Assembly: GCA_049999805.1 (NCBI GenBank)
Contig: JBNGIO010006148.1
Location: forward strand, 1-64,000
DNA length: 64,000 nucleotides
Direction of reading: 5' to 3'
Source of the DNA: Folioceros fuciformis
Taxonomy: Eukaryota
Shown here: positions 36,902 to 49,753 of the stretch, in pieces
Numbering within the stretch: position 1 is the stretch's first letter
How the letters are laid out: each line of letters starts with the position of its first letter
Notes under the pieces: generated by a model
What the model was told of the DNA's origin: nothing
What the model saw: the letters and a program-made list of their open reading frames with translations, nothing else
The model's database searches: none
Translations under genes and position numbers: made by a program

Positions 36902-37353
36902 GGCCCCGCCCCTAGCTCACCCCAGCCCCGATCTCTCAAAGCCACCCCTGCTCCCGAGACTCGATCCTCCCGGCCTGCCCCAAACGCGACACGGAGCAAT
37001 CGCGGCTGCCACAGCATGCGCGTCGTTCCCAGCCCCAAAGCCAGACCATGGACAACCCTTGAGCGCATGTATCAACTTGCTGGAGAAGCAACAGCCTCCG
37101 CCGACGATCAGCTGCTACTTGAGCGTCACACTTCAGAAAGTCCATCTCCGCGGGCCGTCGCCTCATATGGGGCAGGATCCTGCTTCTCCGTTCCGGCCAT
37201 TTCGCATATCAAAACTTGCATTTAATTAAATTCATATACAATTCTTGGTTCCTTAGCTCAGCATGTTAGCAGCTTAGTTGACGAAGGGCAAGCATTCGGT
37301 CACTTACCGTCGGGCTAAACCTTGTACAGTTCAACGTCGGTTAGACGGGGCAG

Positions 37354-37435
37354 CCACGTCAATCTGCCACTCAGATCGCGCCATGTGTAATATTCGATGA
37401 CCAGCCAGTGAGGGGCAGCCGAGGTGGAAGTTTCG
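37354..37435. promoter_or_regulatory. UPRE-like (TGACGTGG on minus strand) and HSE-like (nGAAnnTTCn) elements
   Basis: CCACGTCA at 37354-37361 and gGAAgtTTCg at 37426-37435, upstream of an ER DnaJ gene. Confidence 0.4.
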
Positions 37436-37750
37436 ACGTCAATGTTCTTTTGTTCGTCCGCGAACCCGTTCCACACCGTCCAGGAGAGCTCGAGGTGCCG
37501 AGACCGCTTAGATATATGTGTTGCGACGCGACTGAATTGCGTTTAGCTGGTATCAGACGAGCGATGCGTAAGCCCGGGCTGCGACGCTGGGAGGCAGGCA
37601 TTGGGAAGGGATTGTGTCTGATCGGGGCTGGGACTCATTCCACGGGAAGAGGTGCGGCGGAAATGGCAGGCGGGATTTGATTTTGTTGGTGGCGAGGGAT
37701 TGCGGGTGCTGGAGCTGGAGTGGCTGGAGTTTGGAGCATTTTTGGACAGG

Positions 37751-40259
37751 ATGCGCGGCCCGGGGCAGGCGGGGAGGCAGCGCTGCGGACTGGCGTGGAG
37801 GCTGCTGGTGTGGTTCGTGCTGCTGCTGCTGCTGCTTGGCAGCTCCGGCGTGGTGGACGGCAAGGATTTGTACAAGGTAGAGGCGCCTTCGTGCGGCTGT
37901 AATTCAGTGTGTGCATGTTGAGGCCTCATTAGTGTGAGGAAAGATGCCGGGAGCGGTGTCAGGGGGACAGTTTATGCCGCGAGGATGCGGCTTGAAGGTC
38001 GTCGTTCGAGGGAGAGTGCGGCCGACCTCTTGCCGTGTTGGAGTCAGGGTTGTGTGCTTTCGCTGGGGAAGGTAGCAGGTGGCCTGATGCTTTGTAGCTG
38101 TGGATGCAGGTTTTAGGAGTTGATAAGCAGGCGAGCCAGGCTGATATTAAGAAAGCTTTTCACAAGTATGTTTCTCCGAACTGGCGTTTGTGCGTGCGCT
38201 TGGTTGGTCCTGACTTGCGAGCACGGTTTGATCTGGGACGCGTCGTCTGTGTCTCTTCGTGCGTGTGTACAGGCAGTCGCTGAAGTATCACCCTGACAAG
38301 AATCCTTCCAAAGACGCTCAAGTGAAGTTCACAGAAATTAGTAACGGTGAGAGATTTTGCTTGTCCTGGATGTCGTTCATGCAAGGCTGTCTGATATCCT
38401 CAGCTCCTGATACGCGAGTAGTGTTTGAAGGGGGAAGGGCCTTGTCGAAGGTAGTCATTGTGGAGAGTGCGCTGCATCCGTTGACATGATCGACTCTGCA
38501 CATAATTTATATGCAACTCGCATCTTGTTCTTGTGCAGCTTACGAGATCCTGTCAGACGAGGAGAAAAGAACCAATTATGACACGTATGGAGATGCAGAG
38601 GGCCCCAAAGGGCCAGGAGGTGGACCGTTTGGATGGCAGGGGCAGGGACATCAGGGTGGAAGACAGTATTTCTATCAGAGCTCCGAGCCAGTCTTTACGT
38701 TTTCTTACGATGGATCTGTTGGTGGGGATGGGAGTAATGTATTTGGGAGTATGTACGATTCATTTTTTGGGGGAGCAAGAGGTGGCAGTCGAGGGAACTA
38801 CCATTTTCAGGAACAAGGGGGTAGCAGATCCACCTTGTTTGACTCAATGGGCGGTGTAGATAAGCTTTCTGGTGCTAATATCAGGCAACAGGTCATAAAT
38901 AAAGGGAAGCTGGCATGGCTTGTACTATTCTATAACCCGAATAATCGAGACTTGCAGCCGGTGGCCTCTGTGTTGAAGGATGTCGTGGACGGTTTACGAG
39001 GTATGATCAAGGTGAGCTTTCCTTAAGGAATATCTAATGATGTACCTACTCTTCAAAAGCATGGTCTGAGTGGTGGGATTGACCAAGTTGTGGTTTCCCT
39101 ACCAGGTTGGTGTGATTGATTGTGCATCTCAACAACGTTTGTGCGACACAGAAGGTGCTCTGCCTCTCCAAGATGCGAAGGCATTCGTGTATCCGTATGG
39201 AGGCTCTGATCCGGTGCAATACAATGGTCCATGGACTGCAAAATCACTTAAGACCTTTGTCACGACACATCTTCCCAGGAAATCTACACGGCTTGACACA
39301 GAAAATTTTCTCCAGCGTTTCCCAGACCATCACGTCCTTGGTCGTGTGATATTGTTCACGAAAAAGAAAGAAACTCCAGCTATGTGGCGTGCCCTGAGCG
39401 GCATGTATGATAATCAAGTATCGTTTTTCGACCTACAGGTACCTCTCAAGTCTGTATACCCACCACAAGGTGCTGCAGGTTGATTAGATACGTTGAATTG
39501 GCTCATTGCTGAGTCTCTGCACAGGAGAATATGTAACCAGGATAACTTTGGTAAGGCTTGCAGGTCGAAGACGAGTTTGATCCCTTGGCCAAGAGGTTCG
39601 GTGTGACAGATTTCCCAGCAGTGGTGGGTGTATTCGCAAATGGGAAGGAGACATTGCTGGCTGGCAAGGCAGACCTAGAGGGTACCAAGACATTTCACAC
39701 TCTGGATGGCCTGATGAAGAAATTTAGGGACGTGAATAAGGAAGCTGGGCCTAGGCAGGGAGACTTGGAGACCGAAGTCCCCTTTCTGTCCAAGTCAAAT
39801 ATGGACTTCGTGTGTGGGGAGGACAGCCCCATTTGCATTTTTGCGGTGATTAAAAGTCTCAAACATGGCGGCGACCTTCAGAAGATTCTTACCGAGGTGA
39901 GCTACAGAGCATGATTGTTGTGGGGCTCAATGCTCTGATGGTCAGCCGTTGTTGAGTGCTCGCTGTATGTGATGCAGGTTTCTCGGAAAAGTCTGGTGAG
40001 GCAGTTAGACAGCAATGGAGGAAAGAAGTCTACGGTGTCCTATGGCCTCGTGGATGCGAGCAAACACTCATCTTTTCTCAAGGCGTTCGGCAATCCCAAG
40101 TCCGATGTTGTAATTGTCGCTTACAAACCCCGAAGGAAGAGATATGCCGTCCGCAAGGGAGTTTCGACGCTGGAGGAGGTGGAAAGCTTCGTCTCACAGG
40201 CGTTGGGAGGTGATTTGCACTTCGAAACATGTAAGAACGGTCCTGTTTTGTCGGTGTAG
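37751..40259 (+). CDS. ERdj3A: ER-lumen DnaJ protein with thioredoxin-like folds (ERdj3A/TMS1-like), 7 exons
   Basis: Signal peptide WFVLLLLLLGSS, KDLYK/VLGVDK, LKYHPDKN, AYEILSDEEKRTNYD, G/F-rich linker, WLVLFY and VGVIDC thioredoxin-like segments. Confidence 0.85.
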
Positions 40260-40698
40260 ATTCATCTCATCCGCGGAGTTTGAGGTATCCTGTACATTTA
40301 GCGGCATTCTCGGCAATTACGAAGGGTTTCCCTCATGAATTCAACACTATTTATCATTGCAAATCATGCATCCAGGTGAGAGGATGACATGATATTCATT
40401 GCGGCTACACTGTTTTCTCTCCAAGAGCGTTTAATATACATCATAACGAGGTAATATTTCGTTCACTCACTCGACTACTGTTATTTACATCCTACGCATC
40501 TATCATGTCACCCCGAGGTGGATGGATACCCGCTCGAAACCCGCTGCAAGGCCGAGGGTAATCGCGGAGACATCTATCCGACAAGTGGAGGAGAAAGATG
40601 CTGTCCGGCCTGCCAGGAGATCGCCGAGTAACTGATGGACGTGTGCCTGCTCATAAAGTGAGAGCGACCGTTCCTTTAGTCTAAGAAGTGCTAACAAA

Positions 40699-42827
40699 CT
40701 AATGCCCGCTCCCAGCAAACGGTTTCTCTGTCTGCCCAACCTGGTCCACTTTCCCATTATCCCGAGACTTGGCTCCATCTTCCAAAGAGGAGGCGACTTC
40801 TGCTCGTTCCGCTTGCTTGGCTGTGTCATAGGAGGCATGTAAGCCAAATAGGAAATAGTAGACGAGACAGATCCCTGTCCATACTCCAAATCTAATGAAG
40901 GACATGGTGTCGATGGTGCCCATAAGGAACACATTAAAAGCAATGGAGACAGAGGGAAACCAAGGTACTAAAGGAACCCCCCATACTCGAGGGCTTTTCA
41001 CCTGCGGCAGCGTCAATTGAAGACCCAAGGTTGCGAAAACCCAGAGACCGATAAAAAGGATGTAGAGATATTTCCATCCTTCAGCGGTAGCATAAAAGGC
41101 AGCAATGCCTATGTTGGAGCCGACAATGAGGAGAATGAAAGTCACTAGCAGGCTCAGTTGTATAGTGCTGCTTTCACCCTCTTTGTAATAACGCCTTACC
41201 AGAATTCCGATGGCAACAAGCATGAAGATGAAGAGTGTGCTGATAGATAGGAGATTGGCCAAGATGGACAGCTCTGTGAAGAAAGCCAATACACAAGTGG
41301 CCAAGACCATCACCACTGTGGCGTTGATTGGTGTTCGTGTCCTTTCATTCACCACAGCGAACCAGGGGGGTATCAAATGCGTCCGGGCTATGTGAGTCAG
41401 ATAACGTGCCTCCCCTACAGCACTGACCAGCAGGACTGTGGTCATGCCTTTCAACGCGCCTAGAGCCACCAGATACTTGGCCCATTTCCATCCAACACGA
41501 CTGCAAACGAGATGACCCAAAGCGAGGTTCTCATGCAAACTGACTGAGTGACTGACTACGGGTACCCCCTAGCTAATGATTGCGGAAAGCAGAGAAGCAG
41601 CAGCAAGAAGGAGAGTTGCGGGAAGAAACACATTACCTGAAGGCAATTGAGAATCCCGCATTAGGATCAATTTCCGTGTACGGAAGCATCCTGGTGAGTG
41701 TCAAAGCCATCAAGCAGTATAGGACGGTGACAATGGACATGGAGCCAACCAAGCCGATGGGCACATCCCTTGAAGGATTTCTTGTCTCTTCAGCCATAGT
41801 GGCCACTGCGTCGAACCCAATGTATGCGAAGTAGAGCACGGACGCTGCCTGAAATATAGAGCGACTGCCGAAAGGAACAAAAGGTTTCAAATTGTCTGAG
41901 TCACCATTGATCAATCCTGCAAGCAACAGAAGGTTCGACAGGGGTCAGCCCGTCAGTCACCTAGGTACTACCTGTTGGAAGGGAAGAGATTTGCGAGGAA
42001 CAAGGTGGCAAGAATACCAACAGCACAGCAGCGTAGCAGCAGCAGTACCTGCGACTATGACAAAAAGGATAATACCCATGTTCATAAAGGAAGATATCCA
42101 ATTGAGATAAGAAGTAACCTTGGTACTGTAAATAGCCACCAAGCCGGTGAGGATAAGTACCGTTACTGCTATGGGATCTAATAGATTATAGTTTTGTGCT
42201 AGGTTGGTGTGGATGACAATGCTGTCACAATCATGGTTGATAAGACTTGCAAAGTAGCAAGTCCAGGACCTTGACACTGCAGCTCCTGCAACTAGATACT
42301 CCAACACGATGTTCGCTGCTCCAATAAACGCTACAAAGTCCCCCAACTCCACCTTCAAGTACGCAAAAGAACCACCTGCAAGACCCACCAAACACAAGTA
42401 AGCAATATATGCGGACCAGCTTGGCAAAGACACAGGATGATTCCCCTCTTCAGAACTCACCAGCTGCAGGGATCTCAATGGCAAACTCAGTGTAGCAGAA
42501 AACAGAGAGCATGGCGGAGATTCCCGCTACAGCGTAGGACACGATAATCGCAGGACCAGCTGTCTGGTTCGCCTCCTGGCCCGTGAGCACGAAGATCCCA
42601 GATCCCACCACAGCCCCAATACTGAACCACAACAAGTCCCACCAGCCCAGCTGCTTCTTCATCGCATGCTTGCTCCTCTGTATGACCTCGCTAATCTCCT
42701 TCTGTTCATCGGCGCGGGCGAACACGCGGTCTTGAAACCGGCGCCTGGTGTTCACCAGAGCCTTTCCGTAGCTGCTCCAGCTCTGGAACGACTCTTCCGG
42801 CAGAAATTGCTCCTTCCACTTCCCCAT
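40699..42827 (-). CDS. CAT: Cationic amino acid transporter (CAT, APC family)
   Basis: FLPEESFQSWSSY, MKKQLGWWDLLWFSIGAVVGSGIFVLTG, FCYTEFAIEIPAAG, FAYIGFDAVATMAEE, WGVPLVPWFPSVSI. An additional upstream coding exon is not excluded. Confidence 0.93.
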
Positions 42828-43915
42828 GTCGACCCACAACCCTGCCTTCCCCTGGACCACCGACAGAAGCACACAGAAACGAAACGATCACACCGACAAG
42901 CTGAGCCTCAGCTCACCACCAATCGCCCTTCCCCATCAGAGACACACACATACCTCAACGGGAGAGGCAGCAAGAGCTGCAAAGAGCACAAACAAGCTCC
43001 TACGCTTTCCTTCACTCCCCGTTCATCCTTGAATAGAGCTCCCGCCCTACGCCCAGTAGACCTTCCTGCTCATGCAACCCAACAGCTCAGGCCCTGCCCC
43101 ACAGAATCCCGGACACGCAACACCACTGAGCCCGCTCCCGTTGGTTGCCATTCGGCACAGGCTCAACAAAGCAGGAAACGTGCTCAATCCAGACATGGTT
43201 GGCATCAATACATACACGACGTGAGATTCAGTTGGGTCCGGTGACCCTGCGCATAGAAGAGAGCTCCCGAATCGTAGAGATCGATATCCTCGATATCTTC
43301 TCGAGGTCGAGGAGCTCACTTCTCGATGCCAGGACAACTCAGGACTTCGGCCGGGCTTGAACTGTGCGCCAACCAACAAACAGCATTTAAAAATTCACCA
43401 CCTGGCTTCCAATAACCGGCAGCACAAACAACAGAAGAAGAAAGAGACTATTCCTCGACAACAATCCTCCGTCTGAACAGGGCTATTTTTAGCACCCGTG
43501 AAGGGGCCCGGGTGGCGGCCGGCACACCAGACATACGGATGTCGGTCACGAGACCTGAAACACATTGACCACCACCGCCCCCCACGCGTCCTGGATACCC
43601 GTTGCGTAGTCAAGCGGCAAAATTCTTCACACGTTGAGCAGGGTTGGAAGCAAACTGTTAGCAAGCTGGGCAGGTCAGGAAGTATTCTGTCATTAGCAGG
43701 CCGGACTTGCGGGACACAGCCGCAAAGAGCAACCAACATGTCTCCAGCTTGCTGAAAAAGGTGGGCGCATCCTGCTGGACCCTTGTAATTGGGCATGGGG
43801 CGCGGACATGGAGATGATGAAAACACTATTTGAGAATGGTATATCCTTTAGATTCATCATTTTACCTCACAAAGAGCGATGGGGGAAAGGGACAAAAGCT
43901 TCGGTACACTTGTAC

Positions 43916-46368
43916 TTAGATGTTGATGACATCATCATCGGCTTCGTCTCCCACTACCATGTCCTCATCCACCAGGTCATCTTCGTCCAGAGTGCCAGCC
44001 TCCACGGGCTTCTCTTTGGCGGTGTCCATAAGGTCTTTCACCGGTTCTGGGGTCGCCTTGATCGAGGCTGTCCTAACATGCTCCTCTGATTCATCGTCAT
44101 CTTCATCCTCGTCCTGCACACGGGGCGGCCAAGCTTAAGTCAGCACTCATGAGGCAGGCCATGAGGTCATCAGCTGTCATAAGCTCATCATCTGATCTGC
44201 ACAAAGTGCTGCCACGTGCTCGGGCAACTACACCGGGCTTGGCCCAAGCAAGAGGCAGCACAAAAGCTAAGCTCTCACATCTTTGTCACCGATGTCGACG
44301 GCGCCAGACATCCCATCGTCATGAATTCCATCCTACAGATCCAACATGGCAAGGTTAGCGTGCAAGAATAGCCATTTGACGGAAAGCATCATAGACCCCG
44401 CAATCATGAGACGTGACGTCTCATTCTGCGTGAGGTTTGTTCCAACCTCTTCATCTTGAGCTTTTTCAAGCTCCTGAATGCGTTGAAGCTCCTCCCTCGT
44501 GATCAACCTTCCTTCCTGCGTTGACACACAAAGCCAACGCAATCACTCCGCTTGCATTACAGGCAGAGGTGAATCACGCCACTCCAGCATCATCTCCCAA
44601 GCCAATATTCAGCAAAGGATGACAAAGCGTCTGTTCTCACTTGTCTGAGGAACTCGATTATGTGCGGCGTTGGTTCGTGGAAATTAGCTCCCCTGTAGTC
44701 AGCGACACAGTTTGGATCTTGCACGTAGTTGATCGTCGGGTACACAGGATCGCCTCCGTACACTGCATACAGGAAGGAAACAACAAACTTAGAGAAGGAC
44801 GAAGGGCTACAGGTAGGTGCGCAACTCCATGTAACGGAAGTTACCTTGCTTTTTTTCTGCATCGCTCATTCTCATTACTAAAGGATCCCGCCTTATTCGA
44901 ATGTCGGTGCCCATCATTATGCGATATTCCTCACGAGTTTGATAGCTAAACATCTCTAGCAGCTGGGTGGTCAAATTGTCGCCGGTTTCTTCTTCGCGCT
45001 TTTTCACAGCTTCAAGGGACGTGTCCCTTCTCCATGCTTTGACCCATTCTTGATAATAAGCCATGGCACCGATCCTATTCTTTCTCTCCTCCTCCGCCTG
45101 AAGTCTGCAGATGCCAAAGGTTCAGCCACTGGCTACATCCCAAGAGAAGAGAGAAGAAGGGCATACCGCTGCTCTTTGAAGACTCGCTTCCTTGCACGAG
45201 CAAGTGTTGCCTCGGCAATGGTTGGCTTGTCACCAAACAGTTTGATCTGCCCACTCTTAGCCATAGCAGATGCCATTACCTGTCGCATTCAAGAACGGGG
45301 TCAACCTGTCACCCAATCTGCTCAAGAGTGATGAAATTCTTCCTCCATGTCCTAACACATCCGCATTCCCAGAATCTGGTGTCCAAGCTTCTGCTCAAAA
45401 GTAACCCCAGGGCTCACGCTCCCACATCGACAAAGAAGAAAGTAAGCAACATATGCTCAAACAGATTTGAGGTCTGCACTACAGCAAACAAACCGGAGGC
45501 TTCATATTTTGAGGAAGAACACTCTCACAGTGTCAGAATCTCCCATACGCCTCTGCCATGCACTCCACGGTTCCTGCCCCGGTTCCGGTCGCCGCCAATT
45601 CCACCATAATTCATCATTCTTGAGTGGACTGTCGGGAGTAGGATGGATCAGGTCCTTCATCTGCTCTCCAAGCGAGCTCTTGTCACTTACGACGAGCTGG
45701 TAGTCTTCAGGTCGGGGGTCGCGATTTTCAACCGCCCCATACTCCGAGGCACCTTCTTTCGGTTCACCCGCACCCTGCCCTTCCTCTTCTTCCTCCTCTT
45801 CGTCATCGGAGTCTTCCAGGAAGGGATTCGGCCTTCTACCATGGGGCCCCACGGCCTCCGCAACCCCCGCACCCACCCCTACAGCTGCAACTTGAGCTAC
45901 CTCAGCTCCGGCGCGAGCCTCCTGGGCCTTCTGCTTCCTCCTGGACGTGCGGGTACGGCGCCCGTCGGACGATTCCGCGTCAGGTGTTCGCCTTCCCCGT
46001 CTGGGCACCGACCCCTCAGCAGCCCTCACCTCCCGCAACACTTCCTCCCCCCAATACTCCATCCGCGGTATCTTGGGCCGAAACCCGTACGTCGGGGCAG
46101 GCTCCCCGGACACCGGATCAATATAGCTGGTGTAAGGTGGAGCCGGGGCATCATCGTCGAGAAACAGCTCATCGTTGTCTGCGCACCTCACCACCAGCTG
46201 CCTCGCCTTCCCGCCTCCGCTCTGCAACACCCGCACCTTCCCTGACAGGATTCCGGAGCACCTGTGCTCTGCAAACCGCGAGGACAAGTTCCGACCCCTT
46301 CCCCCTTGCGTGTGCAGGGTCACAGGTGCCACAATGCGTGCAACCGGCACCCCTTGAAGACTCTGCAT
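43916..46368 (-). CDS. pTAC12: Plastid transcriptionally active chromosome protein 12 (HEMERA/PAP5)
   Basis: WWNWRRPEPGQEPWSAWQRR, EWVKAWRRDTS, EYRIMMGTDIRIRRDPLVMRM, YGGDPVYPTINYVQDP, FHEPTP, acidic tail, transit-like N-terminus. Confidence 0.93.
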
Positions 46369-47553
46369 CTTCTACCCTCCTCCTAGTGCGCTCTTCAAAT
46401 CCCACCCTCACTTGCCACCGACGATGCACACAAGCGCCCGAAAGCCGACATCCTTCCCACCCAGGCTTCCGCAAACCTCCCACCTGCCAAAACCCCCGTT
46501 AGGGCTTCACGACCATGTTTCCTGACTTACTAGGTCTCTAATATTCAGATGTCCCGTCCTATCCGTCCATGCTCGTTCAGCGCATTTATTGAGCTGGTGC
46601 AGACAAATTCGCTGTGCCCTGTGTCATCCTGCTTCCAAAGCCATTCCTTGTCACCGCATCAGCTATCCGAGGATTTCATCAACGTTCTTCGACTTCCAAG
46701 TTGTTCGGTCTGAACATATTTTTCATCCAAGGTGTTCAGGGATGTTCTGCGATTTGCAGGCGCCTTAGGCTTCGCTATTTCCAACATTTCATCCCCACTC
46801 CCCAGCTCCTCCCTTCTGGCAATTGAGCTTCTACACAATGCCCGTGCACAGCTGCAACGGCGTGCTTCGGGAAAGTTCAGCTGGGAGTACTTGAAACACG
46901 ATTTCCAATTCCAGGAAAACACGAACAACGAAGCATTAGGAAGCAACTCTGTACACTCCCTCAACCGCAAGCTGGCGGCCTCGTATCGAGGTAGTCTCCT
47001 TGGCCAACTGCAATCGTCGAAATCGCATAGCATGGTTCGGAGGGCACAGCCTTCGAACAAGCAACAACGATACGGATTGTTCGTAGCAGACACAACCAAC
47101 AGGTGAAGGAGCAGCCTGACACGTTCGAAACTTGAAAAACCCTGGCTAGGGCTTTTCTCCGTGATTCGTTTCATGACTTCTCTGCTGTCTAGGTTGTCTG
47201 TGACTACGTCGATAGCAATCCTTGCGATATTTGGTGGACGCCATGGAGCTCAGGATGAGGAGTGGGTAGGCACAGCAGGGAGGTAGTCGGGCTGTAGAGC
47301 AGGGGCAGATGGAAGTTGTCGGGGGATCCTCTAGGGAACATGGAGGCAGAGGAGCGGGGTTGGGACGAGAATAGGGGACAGACCATGTAGATATGGGGTT
47401 TGATCCGGGCTTGGCACCTGGTTGCAGTTTCTTTGACAGCACAGAGAAGTAGGCATGGTGGAAGCTTTCGGGGGCTGCGTATGAGGACGGGAGGGGTTCG
47501 GGGAGGCGAAGGATTGTCGGAGTTGGAAGGTTGCTGGAGTAAGACGTGCAAGC

Positions 47554-48956
47554 ATGGTTACAAAGAAATCTCAGTCGAAGGATGACGTCACGGATCTCAT
47601 TCAGCTGCAAAGTGCTCAGCTTTGGGAGGACATCAAGGTGAGCTGCCAAAGTGTTTGTGGCCGGTGGCGTCTTGGTGTTGCGGGTGTAGCATTAGGTTGG
47701 GTTGATTCCTCCCCCTTGTTCTGAGATCTCAGGTTTGCTGCCGGTGCTCAATTGAGCTTAACTTTGGCAATTTCGTATGCTGGAAAGGCCGGATTTCAAA
47801 GTCGGGCTTTTCGTGAATTTGCAAGCGGAGCGTTGTCGGGAGGCTTGTCCAAGACATTCGTTGCTCCGCTGGAAACCGTCAGGTAGCCACCGACATTGTT
47901 TGAGGAATCTTTTCAGCTGGCAATTCCTCACATGCGGCTCATTTGTGTGGTGGTGCAATGAGTAGGACACGGTTGATCGTGGGTGTTGGGCCACCGACCA
48001 TTAATGGTAACCTCAAAGATGTTCTCCGAGCCCAAGGCTGGCGCGGTCTTTGGGTTGGCAATGGCATAAATGCGTTTCGAACTGCACCTTGCCAGGCTGT
48101 AGAGCTGTGCACGTTTGAGACAACGAAGCGGGCTCTGACATGCTTGCAGGAGAGATGGGCAGTAGAAGGGCCCCCGCAAATCCGTTTTGTAGGTGAAAGG
48201 ATCAACATTCCTGTGAATTGGATCTCTGTACCGGCTGTTTCTGGTGCTGTTGCTGGTGTTGTGAGCACGCTTTCATGCTATCCTTTGGAAGTCCTTAAGG
48301 TGGGTGGTCCGGGTGCAAAGGTTTTCTGGTACTACCCGCAGTATTCCCTCCTTTGACTCAGACCTCTCCGTGTGTTACAGGACCGCTTCACGGTGCAGAC
48401 CGGGGCATTTCAAAGCATTTGGCATGCGTGTCACACGATTGTACGTCAAGAGGGAGCTGGTGCTCTTTACAGGGGTCTTGCACCCACCTTGATTGGTCTG
48501 GTCCCTTACAGTGCAGCTTACTACGCCCTATACGACTGTCTCAACATCACATACCGTAGCACAATAGACAAGACAAGTCTAGCACCCTGGGAAACTCTTA
48601 TCATCGGTGCTCTGGCAGGTAAGCTTACGTCTGTCAAACTGCTCTTATCATATCAGTCTCTCATCAACTGGTCGCTGAATATTCTGTACTGCCGTCTGTA
48701 ATGCGCAGGGCTGGGCTCCAGCGTTGCGACCTTCCCGCTAGAGGTGGCAAGGAAGAGGTTGATGGTGGGAAGGGTTGGCAGGGTTCCGGCGCGGGGGAAG
48801 CCAAATATGGTGACAGTGCTGCGAAGCATTCTGCAGGACGAAGGTGTGAGGGGCTGGTACAGAGGTGTGGGGGCCAGTTGTTTGAAAGTCATGCCCTCAT
48901 CTGGCCTCTCCTGGATGTTCTACGAAGGCTGTAAAGATGTGCTTCATGCCCAGTGA
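47554..48956 (+). CDS. Mitochondrial carrier family protein, BT1-like (At3g20240-like) adenine nucleotide transporter; start uncertain
   Basis: FREFASGALSGGLSKTFVAPLETVRTRLIVG, YPLEVLKDRFTV and FPLEVARKRLMVG are three PX[DE]XX[KR] carrier signatures; ends SCLKVMPSSGLSWMFYE. Confidence 0.88.
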
Positions 48957-49753
48957 TTAGGCCCCGGACCCACTTGAAGTGTTCCCTTCCCTACCCTCCC
49001 TTTCCAGAAGGCTATCTTGTAATTTCGTGTGGCACTTTTAGAGCTTCAAACAGTAGCGCTGGTGGTGACTTTGTCATGTAGGATTACTTGCGAGAGGCTC
49101 TATGTACTATAGTTGGATGTTGACTGGTCATTTTCCCGCTCTGGACACTTGGTGACTTCTTCGGAACAGCTCGGGATCTTGTGCCTGGGTTGACGCAGTT
49201 TGAAAATGTGAAACAAAGGTAAATAAGTAGCGCATAGAGAAATACATTTTGGTGCTTGTATATAGTCAGCTGCTGTACACCACAGGGGGGACTGGGTAGA
49301 CGAATGGAGACAAACGCATCAAACGCATTTGCCTACTTTACGCCATTGACCACGTTCCCCCTCAGTATCTAGCCCCATGACACGTTCATCGTATATTTGA
49401 TAGTTTATTATCCGAGAACAGGCCGTCGGTACGAGTTAACCGTGGTACCGCGTGTAGCTTGGAATGGACACTAGACAGCACTATTTCAAACTCAAGGGTA
49501 TGGAGATGAAATAGCAAATATCCAAGTATAACATTAACTTCTTTGTAAAATTACATATTCCCTCGTATAGGACTACTGCGCTATGCACGCGTTACCCAAG
49601 TTATACGGAAACTATATTCCCGGAACACACATCCCTCTTGATCAATATATTCTCAGTCGGTTGATATTACCCTCTCCCCATATGAAACAAATTTAGCAAA
49701 CAAATGTACATCTTACCCTGCACGCGCTGCTCTCCCGGATCACATCTTGATCT

